From positions 1-10,368 of the forward strand of contig JAYENL010000117.1 in assembly GCA_034722055.1 (NCBI GenBank): DNA of 10,368 bases, given 5' to 3'. A program made the position numbers and the translations under genes. This stretch comes from Armatimonadota bacterium (GTDB lineage Bacteria > Armatimonadota > Zipacnadia > Zipacnadales > UBA5352). Positions 1-6,464 of the stretch are shown piece by piece; position 1 is the first letter of the stretch; each line of letters starts with the position of its first letter. The notes beneath the pieces were generated by a model. It had not been told where the DNA came from. It ran no database searches and saw only the letters and a list, made by a program, of their open reading frames with translations.

Positions 1-9
1 TGCCGTTGC

Positions 10-51
10 GTGGCACACGCACTGGAGACCTCCGATCTCGGTGCGTGCGCC
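10..51 (+). repeat. REP-like palindrome (GTGG foot, long interrupted stem)
   Basis: GTGG at 10-13. Arms GGCACACGCAC (12-22) and GTGCGTGCGCC (41-51) are complementary at 10/11 positions, and the exception is G-U on the - strand. Inner stem GAGACC (25-30) / GATCTC (34-39) has a 3-nt loop. Confidence 0.5.
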
Positions 52-102
52 CTTGTGTGTGGGGGCAACGCACAATGACGACGACACGACTGGGCAAACG
101 GC

Positions 103-127
103 GCACGGACAAGAGTGTCCGTGCCAC
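103..127 (-). repeat. REP-like palindrome GTGGCACGGACACTCTTGTCCGTGC
   Basis: Perfect 9-bp inverted repeat GCACGGACA (103-111) / TGTCCGTGC (116-124) with a 4-nt loop. CCAC at 124-127 reads GTGG at the 5' foot on the - strand, the layout of GTAG-family REPs. Confidence 0.6.
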
Positions 128-148
128 CGAAAGGTCCTCGAAGGTGAC

Positions 149-178
149 GCGAGCCCACGGCCACTTGGGCCTCGCCAC
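149..178 (-). repeat. REP-like palindrome
   Basis: GCGAGCCCA (149-157) pairs with TGGGCCTCGC (166-175) with one bulge. CCAC at 175-178 reads GTGG on the - strand. Confidence 0.4.
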
Positions 179-260
179 GAACGGCATGGACCTCGCGCGC
201 AGGCGCTTGCCCCTGCCGCATCGAATTGCCATTCAGTGCCGACCCACGTGGAGGACGGGA

Positions 261-590
261 GTGGTGGATGTGACTGATATCGCCTATCGCTTCATGCCCG
301 CCCGGGATCTGATGAGCCTCATCGCGGGCAACTGGGCCAGCTTCGAGACCGACCTGAAGAGCGAGACGCCCTCGCAGGCCGACGGGCTGCTGGCCGTGGA
401 GGTGCCCTACGTGCGCTTCACCGCCGAGCGCGCGGCGGCCGTGGCCGATGCGGACTGCCGGGGCGGCGTGATAACGCTCGACCTCGCGCCGCTCACCGAG
501 GGCGCTGATTACCTGCGCGAGGGCACCGGAATCTTCGTGCTCGCGGACGTGCTGGTGCAGCAGCCCGTCACCGTAGAGCTGCAGCCGTGA
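261..590 (+). CDS. Hypothetical protein (~109 aa)
   Basis: 3' part of ORF 6..590. GGAGG at 250-254 lies 6 nt before GTG 261 (alternative GTG at 270). GC-ending codons dominate from about 280 on, whereas the upstream part of the ORF overlaps hairpins. Ends 18 nt before the next gene. No family recognised. Confidence 0.7.
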   Translation: MVDVTDIAYRFMPARDLMSLIAGNWASFETDLKSETPSQADGLLAVEVPYVRFTAERAAAVADADCRGGVITLDLAPLTEGADYLREGTGIFVLADVLVQQPVTVELQP

Positions 591-608
591 CATCGAGGGA
601 CGTGAGAT

Positions 609-2177
609 ATGATCGGCGCACACAAGCGCACAGGCATCGGCCTGATCGTCATCGTCGCGCTGCTCACCGCCTGGAACCTGGCGCAGGCCGCGCCGGGCGA
701 CAACCTGCTGGAGGACCCCGGCTTCGAGGACGGGCCCTGGCCGCAGTCCCCCGCGTGGCCGGGCGAGATCGCGTCAGTGCCCGAGGGCGCACGCTCCGGC
801 GAGAGAGCCGGGAAGCTCGTCGCCACCGAGAGGGATGGCACCCACGAGGCCACCATCTACTCCGGCTACGTGGACGCCACGGTCGGCCTCCGCTACCGCT
901 TCGTCATCCACGCGAAGGGCGAGGGGATACTCTCGCTGCGCTCGATCCAGCTCCGCTCGGACCCGGAGGATCGCTACATCATCGAGCGGCCGGACAATCA
1001 CATGGAGCTGAGCGATGAGTGGCAGCAGATCGCCATCGAGATCGCGCCCACCGACCCCCTGGTGCGCAGCATCGCGGCGGTCGTCCACCTCGACGGCGAG
1101 GGCGCGAGGGCCTTCCTCGACGATGCGGTGCTGACCGTCATGGGGCTGCCGGGCGGGGAGCTGACGGTGACGCCCGGCTACGCCATGACCGCGCCGGGTA
1201 AGAGCGTGAGCTTCCGGCTCGCGGCGGGCTGCGATGAGGGCCCCATCACGGAGGGGTCGGTGAGCATCATGATGGCGGCCGGAGGGCAGACGCGGCGGGA
1301 GACCGTTGCGATCACGGGCGAGACCACCACGTGGCAGTTCGATGCCCCGGCGGAGGCTGAGATCGGGCAGATGACCGTCAGCTTCACCAACGCGGATGCG
1401 GGCGTCGGCGCCACCGCCTGGGTGGATGTGGTGGATGCCGAGACTTGGGCGCAGTTCGACACCGCGGCGCAGGCGGCAGAGATCGACACGCCCGCGCACA
1501 TCCTCTTCCTCGGGGACTCGCTGACGGACCTGTTCCGCGGCCATAACTACACCGACATGGTCGGCTTCTGGCTGCAGCGCGCACACGGGGATGTGACCTA
1601 CCGCAACGCGGGCGTCGGTGGCGACTTCATCACCCGCGTGTGGCGGCGCATGACGGACCCCGAGAACGCCTACCGCGGGGAGATGTACGACGGCCTCTAC
1701 GAGCCCACACCCACCCACGTGTTCATCTGGCTGGGGCACAATGATTCCAAGCTCAAGCCCAGGCCGGAGTACGAGTCCCCGGAGGACTACGAGTTCGATC
1801 CAGTGGTGCCGCTGGACACCTTCGAGGAGACCTTCGTGCAGGCCATCGAGCGCATCCGCGAGAATGCGCCGGCGGCGGAGATCACGATCGTCTCCGCCTC
1901 CTCATCGGTGCACGAGATCTGCCGCGACCGGGTGGCGAACCGCATCGCGGAGGGCGAGTCGGGCGGCTCGTACTTCGGCAAGCCGGACGTCCTGGAGCAG
2001 TTCAACGCGGCCATGCAGGAGATTGCGCAGCAGACCGGAAGCGGCTACCTGGACGTCTACACGCCGACGAAGACGCATCCGGACAAGCCCTCACTCTTCA
2101 CCGCCGACGGCGTGCACATCAACGACGCGGGGAACCGGCTGGTGGCGATGATCATACTGAGGTATGTAAGGAAGTGA
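609..2177 (+). CDS. Secreted SGNH/GDSL-family hydrolase (probable carbohydrate esterase) with N-terminal CBM4/9-like domain, 522 aa
   Basis: Signal peptide (HKR + hydrophobic GIGLIVIVALLTAW + AQA). NLLEDPGFEDG ... FLDDAVL resembles CBM4/9-like beta-sandwich domains. All four SGNH blocks are present: FLGDSLT (GDSL at 1512-1523), NAGVGG, WLGHND, DGVH. SD-like GAGGGA at 595-600. Confidence 0.9.
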   Translation: MIGAHKRTGIGLIVIVALLTAWNLAQAAPGDNLLEDPGFEDGPWPQSPAWPGEIASVPEGARSGERAGKLVATERDGTHEATIYSGYVDATVGLRYRFVIHAKGEGILSLRSIQLRSDPEDRYIIERPDNHMELSDEWQQIAIEIAPTDPLVRSIAAVVHLDGEGARAFLDDAVLTVMGLPGGELTVTPGYAMTAPGKSVSFRLAAGCDEGPITEGSVSIMMAAGGQTRRETVAITGETTTWQFDAPAEAEIGQMTVSFTNADAGVGATAWVDVVDAETWAQFDTAAQAAEIDTPAHILFLGDSLTDLFRGHNYTDMVGFWLQRAHGDVTYRNAGVGGDFITRVWRRMTDPENAYRGEMYDGLYEPTPTHVFIWLGHNDSKLKPRPEYESPEDYEFDPVVPLDTFEETFVQAIERIRENAPAAEITIVSASSSVHEICRDRVANRIAEGESGGSYFGKPDVLEQFNAAMQEIAQQTGSGYLDVYTPTKTHPDKPSLFTADGVHINDAGNRLVAMIILRYVRK

Positions 2178-2301
2178 GTACTCAGGACGGTCCCCCTGAG
2201 GGCGTTGGTCGTGACGTTTGGAGAGGCGCGACGAGGCTCGCGCCCGGTCGTTGTCATTCAGCGGCGTTCCGACGGGAAGCGATGCAGGCACAACGCCAGC
2301 G

Positions 2302-2639
2302 CGGACAGTGGTCCGGCCTCTCCACGCGGCGACGATCAACGGCAGGGCCGATACGGGCCGGGAATACCGGGGATGGCGGCGCTGGGACGAAAACGGCTGA
2401 CTACAACGGCCGGCGGGTCTGAAGACACCGCCGCTCCGGACAGCAACGCCAACGATGTCACGGCGCACGGCCACGGGGGAAACGGCGTCGGGCTGGAAGC
2501 CCCACTTACGCGGAAGATGCGGGACGCTGCGCACCGTACGGGGCTGGTCTTGGCGGGTTGCTGTGGACAACCGGCGACGGGGGGAGGACGCAGGCGCCGT
2601 AGACGTGACGTCAGGAGGGGCGGGCCTCCGTTCCCGCCC
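2302..2639. repeat. Cluster of heterogeneous REP-like hairpins
   Basis: CGGAC/GTCCG (2302-2315) with CCAC at 2322-2325. CGGCGGGTCT/AGAC(A)CCGCCG (2411-2433) + CTCC 2434-2437. GTCGGGCT/AGCCCCAC (2487-2505) + TTAC 2506-2509. GATGCG/CGCACC (2516-2535) + GTAC 2536-2539. In the opposite orientation, GGAG 2614-2617 + GGGCGGG/CCCGCCC (2618-2639). Confidence 0.55.
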
Positions 2640-2723
2640 GGTCGTCGTCTGGCGCAACCGCGCCTTAGTAACCACCCTTCCAGGAACGAGGACAGCCGTC
2701 CTCACCGCATCGGAGGCCACACC

Positions 2724-3722
2724 ATGAGCGAGGAGAGCTGGCGATTCGCGCACATCAACGATCATCACCTCGGCACAGCACGCTCGTATCGCTTCAGGCC
2801 GGCCATCAACCGACGGTGGGCCGCGATCAAGCAGCAGATCGCCGCCACGGACGCGGACCTCCTGCTCGTCGGCGGTGACCTGACGCGCGATGGCGACACC
2901 CACGAGTTCGAGTACCAGCAGGCGCGCCAGGATCTCGATGAGCTGCCCCTCCCGTCCTTCGTGATCCCGGGGAACATGGACGTCGGGAACAAGCACACCC
3001 ACCGTGAGGGGCCGCGCGATGACCGCCGCGACGTGGACCTGAACATGACCTCGCACCGGCTGGCGCTGTTCGCGAGCTACTTCGGGCCCATCCAGTGGAC
3101 CTTCATGCACCGGGGCGTGCGCTTCAGCGGGTTCTACGCTGCCGCTGCCGGCTCGGGGCTGCCCGAGGAGGAGCGCTTCTGGCGCTTCATGGAGCACCTG
3201 AGCGAGCTGCCGCCGGCACGGCTGCACGTGGCGATGATGCACTACTGGCCCTACATCGACGATCCGGATGAGCCGACGTGGGACATCACCGACGCGGACC
3301 AGTACCTGCCCTGGTACTTCAGCATCGACCAGCCGCACCGGGGCCGCCTGCTCGAGGGCCTCCAGGCCGCGGGCGTGACTGACCTGCTGTGCGGGCACGT
3401 GCACACCGGGCGGCCGGTGGAGCAGGTCGGGGAGATGCGCATCCACAAGGCTTCCGCCGCGGGGAACACCGCGCAGATGACGAACCGCTGGGAGGAGATC
3501 GAGACCCGCCAGGGCTTTCAGCTCTGCGAGGTGGGCGCGGACGAGATCACAGTGTCCTTCGTGGCCGGGGACGAGCAGTGCGAGGAGGAGACCGGCGGCT
3601 GGGGTCCGGGCGGGCACCCGCGGCTGGAGGAGCGCGACTACTCGCTGGCGCGGGAGCACCCGCCGCTGGCGCCCGATCCGTGGCTGATCGGTGAGGGCGA
3701 GGCGCCGGGCACGCAGCTCTGA
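2724..3722 (+). CDS. Calcineurin-like metallophosphoesterase (CpdA/Icc-like), 332 aa
   Basis: Start at ATG 2724 within ORF 2205..3722, with GGAGG at 2712-2716. Metallophosphoesterase motifs in order: FAHINDHH (DxH), GGDLTRDG (GDxxxxG), PGNMD (GNH[D/E] variant), MMHY, CGHVH (GHxH). Confidence 0.9.
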   Translation: MSEESWRFAHINDHHLGTARSYRFRPAINRRWAAIKQQIAATDADLLLVGGDLTRDGDTHEFEYQQARQDLDELPLPSFVIPGNMDVGNKHTHREGPRDDRRDVDLNMTSHRLALFASYFGPIQWTFMHRGVRFSGFYAAAAGSGLPEEERFWRFMEHLSELPPARLHVAMMHYWPYIDDPDEPTWDITDADQYLPWYFSIDQPHRGRLLEGLQAAGVTDLLCGHVHTGRPVEQVGEMRIHKASAAGNTAQMTNRWEEIETRQGFQLCEVGADEITVSFVAGDEQCEEETGGWGPGGHPRLEERDYSLAREHPPLAPDPWLIGEGEAPGTQL

Positions 3723-3737
3723 CGGGAGAGGTGCCGC

Positions 3738-4076
3738 TCAGGGCACGTCCACCTTGTCGTCGGGCAGGTAGGGGGTCTTGATGAAGACCAGGCGCGTGTC
3801 CTGGTCGGTATCGTTGATGATGTTGTGAGCCTCCGGCGGCTCCAGCCGGAAGGCATCGCCCGGCGCCACCCGGAACTGCTGGTCATCGACGACCATCAGC
3901 GGTGTGCCCTCCAGGAAGAAGAAGGTCTCCTCCACCTGGTTGTGAGCGTGGGCGCCCATCTCCTGGCCCGGCTTGAAGACGATCACGCCCCAGTCGATAT
4001 GCGGCCCGCGCATGAGGTACTTGGGCCCATGATCCCCGTGGCGGAACTCGCAATCGGACTCATTGACGCGCTCCAT
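3738..4076 (-). CDS. Cupin-domain protein (Cupin_2-like), 112 aa
   Basis: Cupin motif 1 PGQEMGAHAHNQVEETFFFLEG (HxH...E) and motif 2 PGDAFRLEPPEAHNIIN. GGAGG SD (CCTCC at 4084-4088). Confidence 0.9.
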   Translation of the reverse strand: MERVNESDCEFRHGDHGPKYLMRGPHIDWGVIVFKPGQEMGAHAHNQVEETFFFLEGTPLMVVDDQQFRVAPGDAFRLEPPEAHNIINDTDQDTRLVFIKTPYLPDDKVDVP

Positions 4077-4107
4077 GACTGTGCCTCCCGGTTCCCCGTG
4101 TCTCCGT

Positions 4108-5235
4108 CTATGACGCCGTCAGCTCTGTCAGCAGCTCCCGCACGCTCTCCTCGCCGATCGGCCGCGGGTTGTGTGCGGAGGAGCCCGAGGCCAGCGTGGG
4201 CGGGATGATCTGATCGAAGTCCTCGGGCCTCAGACCGGCCTGGGAGAAGTCCAGGTCGGCGTTGAGGTCGCCCACAAGCTCCCGCATCCAGGCCACGAGC
4301 GCCTCGGGGCTCTCGCCGACGTCCAGCATTTGCGCCAGACGCTCGTACTTGCCCTCGGCCGATTGCAGGTTGAACTCCATCACGTAGGGCAGCAACGCAC
4401 CGCAGACCCGGCCGTGGGGGAGGTGATAGAGCGCCCCCAGCGGATGCGCCAGGCCATGGACCAGGCCCAGCCGGGCGCTGGCCAGGGCCAGCCCGGCCAG
4501 CAGGCTCCCCAGCGCCATGTCCTCGCGGGCCCGCAGGTTCGAGCCATCCGCGACGGCCTCTCGCAGGCTGCCGCCGATGCGGCGGACGGCCTCCTCGCAC
4601 AGCGGATCCGTGACAGGATTCGCGCCCACCGAGACGTAGGCCTCGATGGCCTGTGTCAGGGCGTCGAGGCCGGAGTAGGCTGTCTGGTCGGACGGGCAAC
4701 TGACCGTCAGCACCGGGTCCACCAGGGCGACCTCGGGCAGCAGCGCATGTCCGCGGATGGAGGCCTTCCTGCCGGTCGCGGTGTCGGTGAGGACGGAGTT
4801 GGGCGTCACCTCCGCGCCAGTGCCCGAGGTGGTGGGCAGGGCGATGCACGGGCGGCCCAGGCCGGTGATTTCGACCCCGTGCTCGACGGGCTCGGGATGG
4901 GACGCCAGGCCGGCGACGGCCTTGCCAACGTCCATGGCGCTGCCGCCCCCGGCCGCCACCACCAGGTCGCATTCGCGGTCGCGGAAGGCCTCCCGCCCCC
5001 GCTCCACCGTGGCCAGTGACGGCTCGGCCTCCACCTCGGCGAAGATGCAGACCCCGACCCCCTCGTCAGCGAGGTGGTCGCGAAGCTCGTCCAGGGCCCC
5101 AGACTGCTGCAGGGACGTGCGCCCGCACACGATGAGTGCGCGAGTCCCCAGCCGCGCGGCGTGCTCCCCGACGTCGGCCCGCGCTCCGGTGCCGAAGATG
5201 ACCTGCTTCGCGCTGCGCAGCGTGATCTCAGTCAT
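4108..5235 (-). CDS. Iron-containing (group III) alcohol dehydrogenase family protein, 375 aa
   Basis: Start MTEITLRSAKQVIFG at 5235 with GGAGG SD (CCTCC 5246-5250). Motifs: VEAEPS, GGGSAMDVGK, PTTSGTGAEVT, ALVDPVLT, GLDALTQAIEAY, GLVHGLAHPLG, HLPHG. Substrate cannot be determined from sequence. Confidence 0.93.
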   Translation of the reverse strand: MTEITLRSAKQVIFGTGARADVGEHAARLGTRALIVCGRTSLQQSGALDELRDHLADEGVGVCIFAEVEAEPSLATVERGREAFRDRECDLVVAAGGGSAMDVGKAVAGLASHPEPVEHGVEITGLGRPCIALPTTSGTGAEVTPNSVLTDTATGRKASIRGHALLPEVALVDPVLTVSCPSDQTAYSGLDALTQAIEAYVSVGANPVTDPLCEEAVRRIGGSLREAVADGSNLRAREDMALGSLLAGLALASARLGLVHGLAHPLGALYHLPHGRVCGALLPYVMEFNLQSAEGKYERLAQMLDVGESPEALVAWMRELVGDLNADLDFSQAGLRPEDFDQIIPPTLASGSSAHNPRPIGEESVRELLTELTAS

Positions 5236-5263
5236 GAGGTTCACCCCTCCGGTCCGGGCATAC

Positions 5264-6262
5264 TCAGTAGCTCTGCGCGATCCAGGCGTCGAGGGCCTCC
5301 ACGGCCTGCTCCCAGGAGCGGCTGAGGAGATCCCTCTCCTCCCTGGCCTCCTCCAGCGCATGGAGGGCCTCTTGCTCGGTGAGGTCGTGCCCCTCCAGGT
5401 GTGCCGGCAGGTAGGCGCTGCGCCTGGCGGAGTGCCGGGCCGCCCGGGCGGCGGAGCGAAGCTCGCCGATCTCCTGGCTGATGGCCTTCTTCTCCGCGCG
5501 CAGCTCGCTGACGCGCCGCAGGGCCTCCGCCCTGAGCGTCTTGGCCTCATCGACGCTGGTCACGAAGGCGTGCCGGCCCTCGGGGAGAGACACGATCCAG
5601 GTCTCATCCGGGACGCCGAGCAGCTCCCTGGCCTCCTCCTCGGTCCAGCCGCCCTCGCGCAGCTCTCCGTAGATCTCGCCATCTTCAAAGCCCCCGGCCC
5701 GCAGGCGCGCGATGACGCGCTGTGCCTCCTCGCGTCGCTGTGCTTCGCGGGCGGCCGCCTCAGCGCGTGCCCGGGCCTCCGCTGCCCGCTGCTCCGCGGC
5801 CCTGGCGGCAAGCAGGTCCGCGCCGCAATTGAGGCACTGGGTGTCGGTGGGGAAGACGTGGGCACCACACTCCGGGCATCTCTCCGACGCCTCGGCCGCA
5901 GGTGGCGCCTCTTCCAGCTTCCGAAGCTCCCGCCGCGCGGTCTCGCTGTCGGGGTCGAGACTGAGCGCCTTGCGCTGGGCCCTCTTCGCCTCGTTGGTCC
6001 TGTCCAGCTTGCGGAGGGTGATGCCCCAGTTCGACCAGGCGCGAGACGACGAGGGGCGCAGCCGCACGACCCTCCCGGCCGCATCCTCGGCTCCCGACCA
6101 GTCCCCCGACCTCGACAGCGCCGCGGACAGCAGAGACCAGGCGGTCGCATCGTCACCCGCCTGCGCGAGCCACCGCTCCAGCACCGCGATGGCCTGCGCG
6201 GGCCGGCCGGCCTTGATGTGCCGGCGGCTCTCCTCAAGTGCCTGTCGGCGCTCGTCACTCAC
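5264..6262 (-). CDS. TPR-repeat protein with zinc ribbon and coiled-coil C-terminal region, 332 aa
   Basis: TPR-like helices (AWSLLSAALSRSGDWSGAEDAAGRVVRLRP; AWSNWGITLRKLDRTNEAKRAQRKALSLDP). CPEC-x10-CLNC zinc ribbon at 5825-5878. Ala/Glu/Arg-rich helical segments follow. GTG start with GAGAGGGG upstream (6271-6278). Confidence 0.85.
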   Translation of the reverse strand: MSDERRQALEESRRHIKAGRPAQAIAVLERWLAQAGDDATAWSLLSAALSRSGDWSGAEDAAGRVVRLRPSSSRAWSNWGITLRKLDRTNEAKRAQRKALSLDPDSETARRELRKLEEAPPAAEASERCPECGAHVFPTDTQCLNCGADLLAARAAEQRAAEARARAEAAAREAQRREEAQRVIARLRAGGFEDGEIYGELREGGWTEEEARELLGVPDETWIVSLPEGRHAFVTSVDEAKTLRAEALRRVSELRAEKKAISQEIGELRSAARAARHSARRSAYLPAHLEGHDLTEQEALHALEEAREERDLLSRSWEQAVEALDAWIAQSY

Positions 6263-6464
6263 CGGTGCAGCCCCTCTCGCCGCGGCTGACCTGGTGTCCG
6301 GCGATCCCCCGGCACGGCCTGCCGGAGGACTCGTCTTGACTCTTCATCCGCGGCAGGCCCATCTCCTTCGCCCACGTGCGGGGCGTGAAGGGCCGAGGGC
6401 CTATCGGCGCGAAGTGACCTGTCGGCGGACGGTCGCGGACACCGAGCCTGGGGACGTGACACCG

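Noticed and set aside
1..33. Possible - strand gene start (GGAGG at 33-29, GTG at 22, MRVPRNG...) running off the left edge
   Set aside because: Only 7 codons are visible and they lie inside a long palindrome, so this may be coincidence. It needs the adjacent sequence.
92..162. c-di-GMP-I riboswitch-like words GGGCAAAC ... GAAA ... GACGCGAGCCCACGG
   Set aside because: Spacing and pairing do not fit the aptamer, the 3' half is missing, and the segment is better explained by REP-like hairpins. An Rfam cmscan would settle it.
6..260. N-terminal extension of ORF 6..590 (including ATG 75) and ORF 41..277
   Set aside because: Atypical codon usage, overlap with several palindromes, and a better SD/start at 250-263.
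2205..2723. 173-aa N-terminal extension of the phosphoesterase, including a MazF/PemK-like RPVVVIQ word at ~2241-2261, and small ORFs 2174..2422, 2218..2400 and 2455..2727
   Set aside because: Low-complexity Arg/Gly/Pro translations over hairpin-rich DNA. There is a strong SD at 2712 and the catalytic domain starts right after ATG 2724. No further MazF similarity is visible in the other + frames.
5236..5550. N-terminal extension of the Fe-ADH ORF (4108..5550)
   Set aside because: It overlaps the TPR gene in another frame. The family N-terminus and the SD point to ATG 5235.
6336..6365. TTGACT as the -35 box of a lyase promoter
   Set aside because: No convincing -10 box at 16-18 nt spacing (CCATCT/CATCTC).
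5712..6464. 251-aa N-terminal extension of the lyase ORF
   Set aside because: It is the Ser/Ala/Arg-rich antisense shadow of the TPR gene, and a signal peptide starts at ATG 6465.
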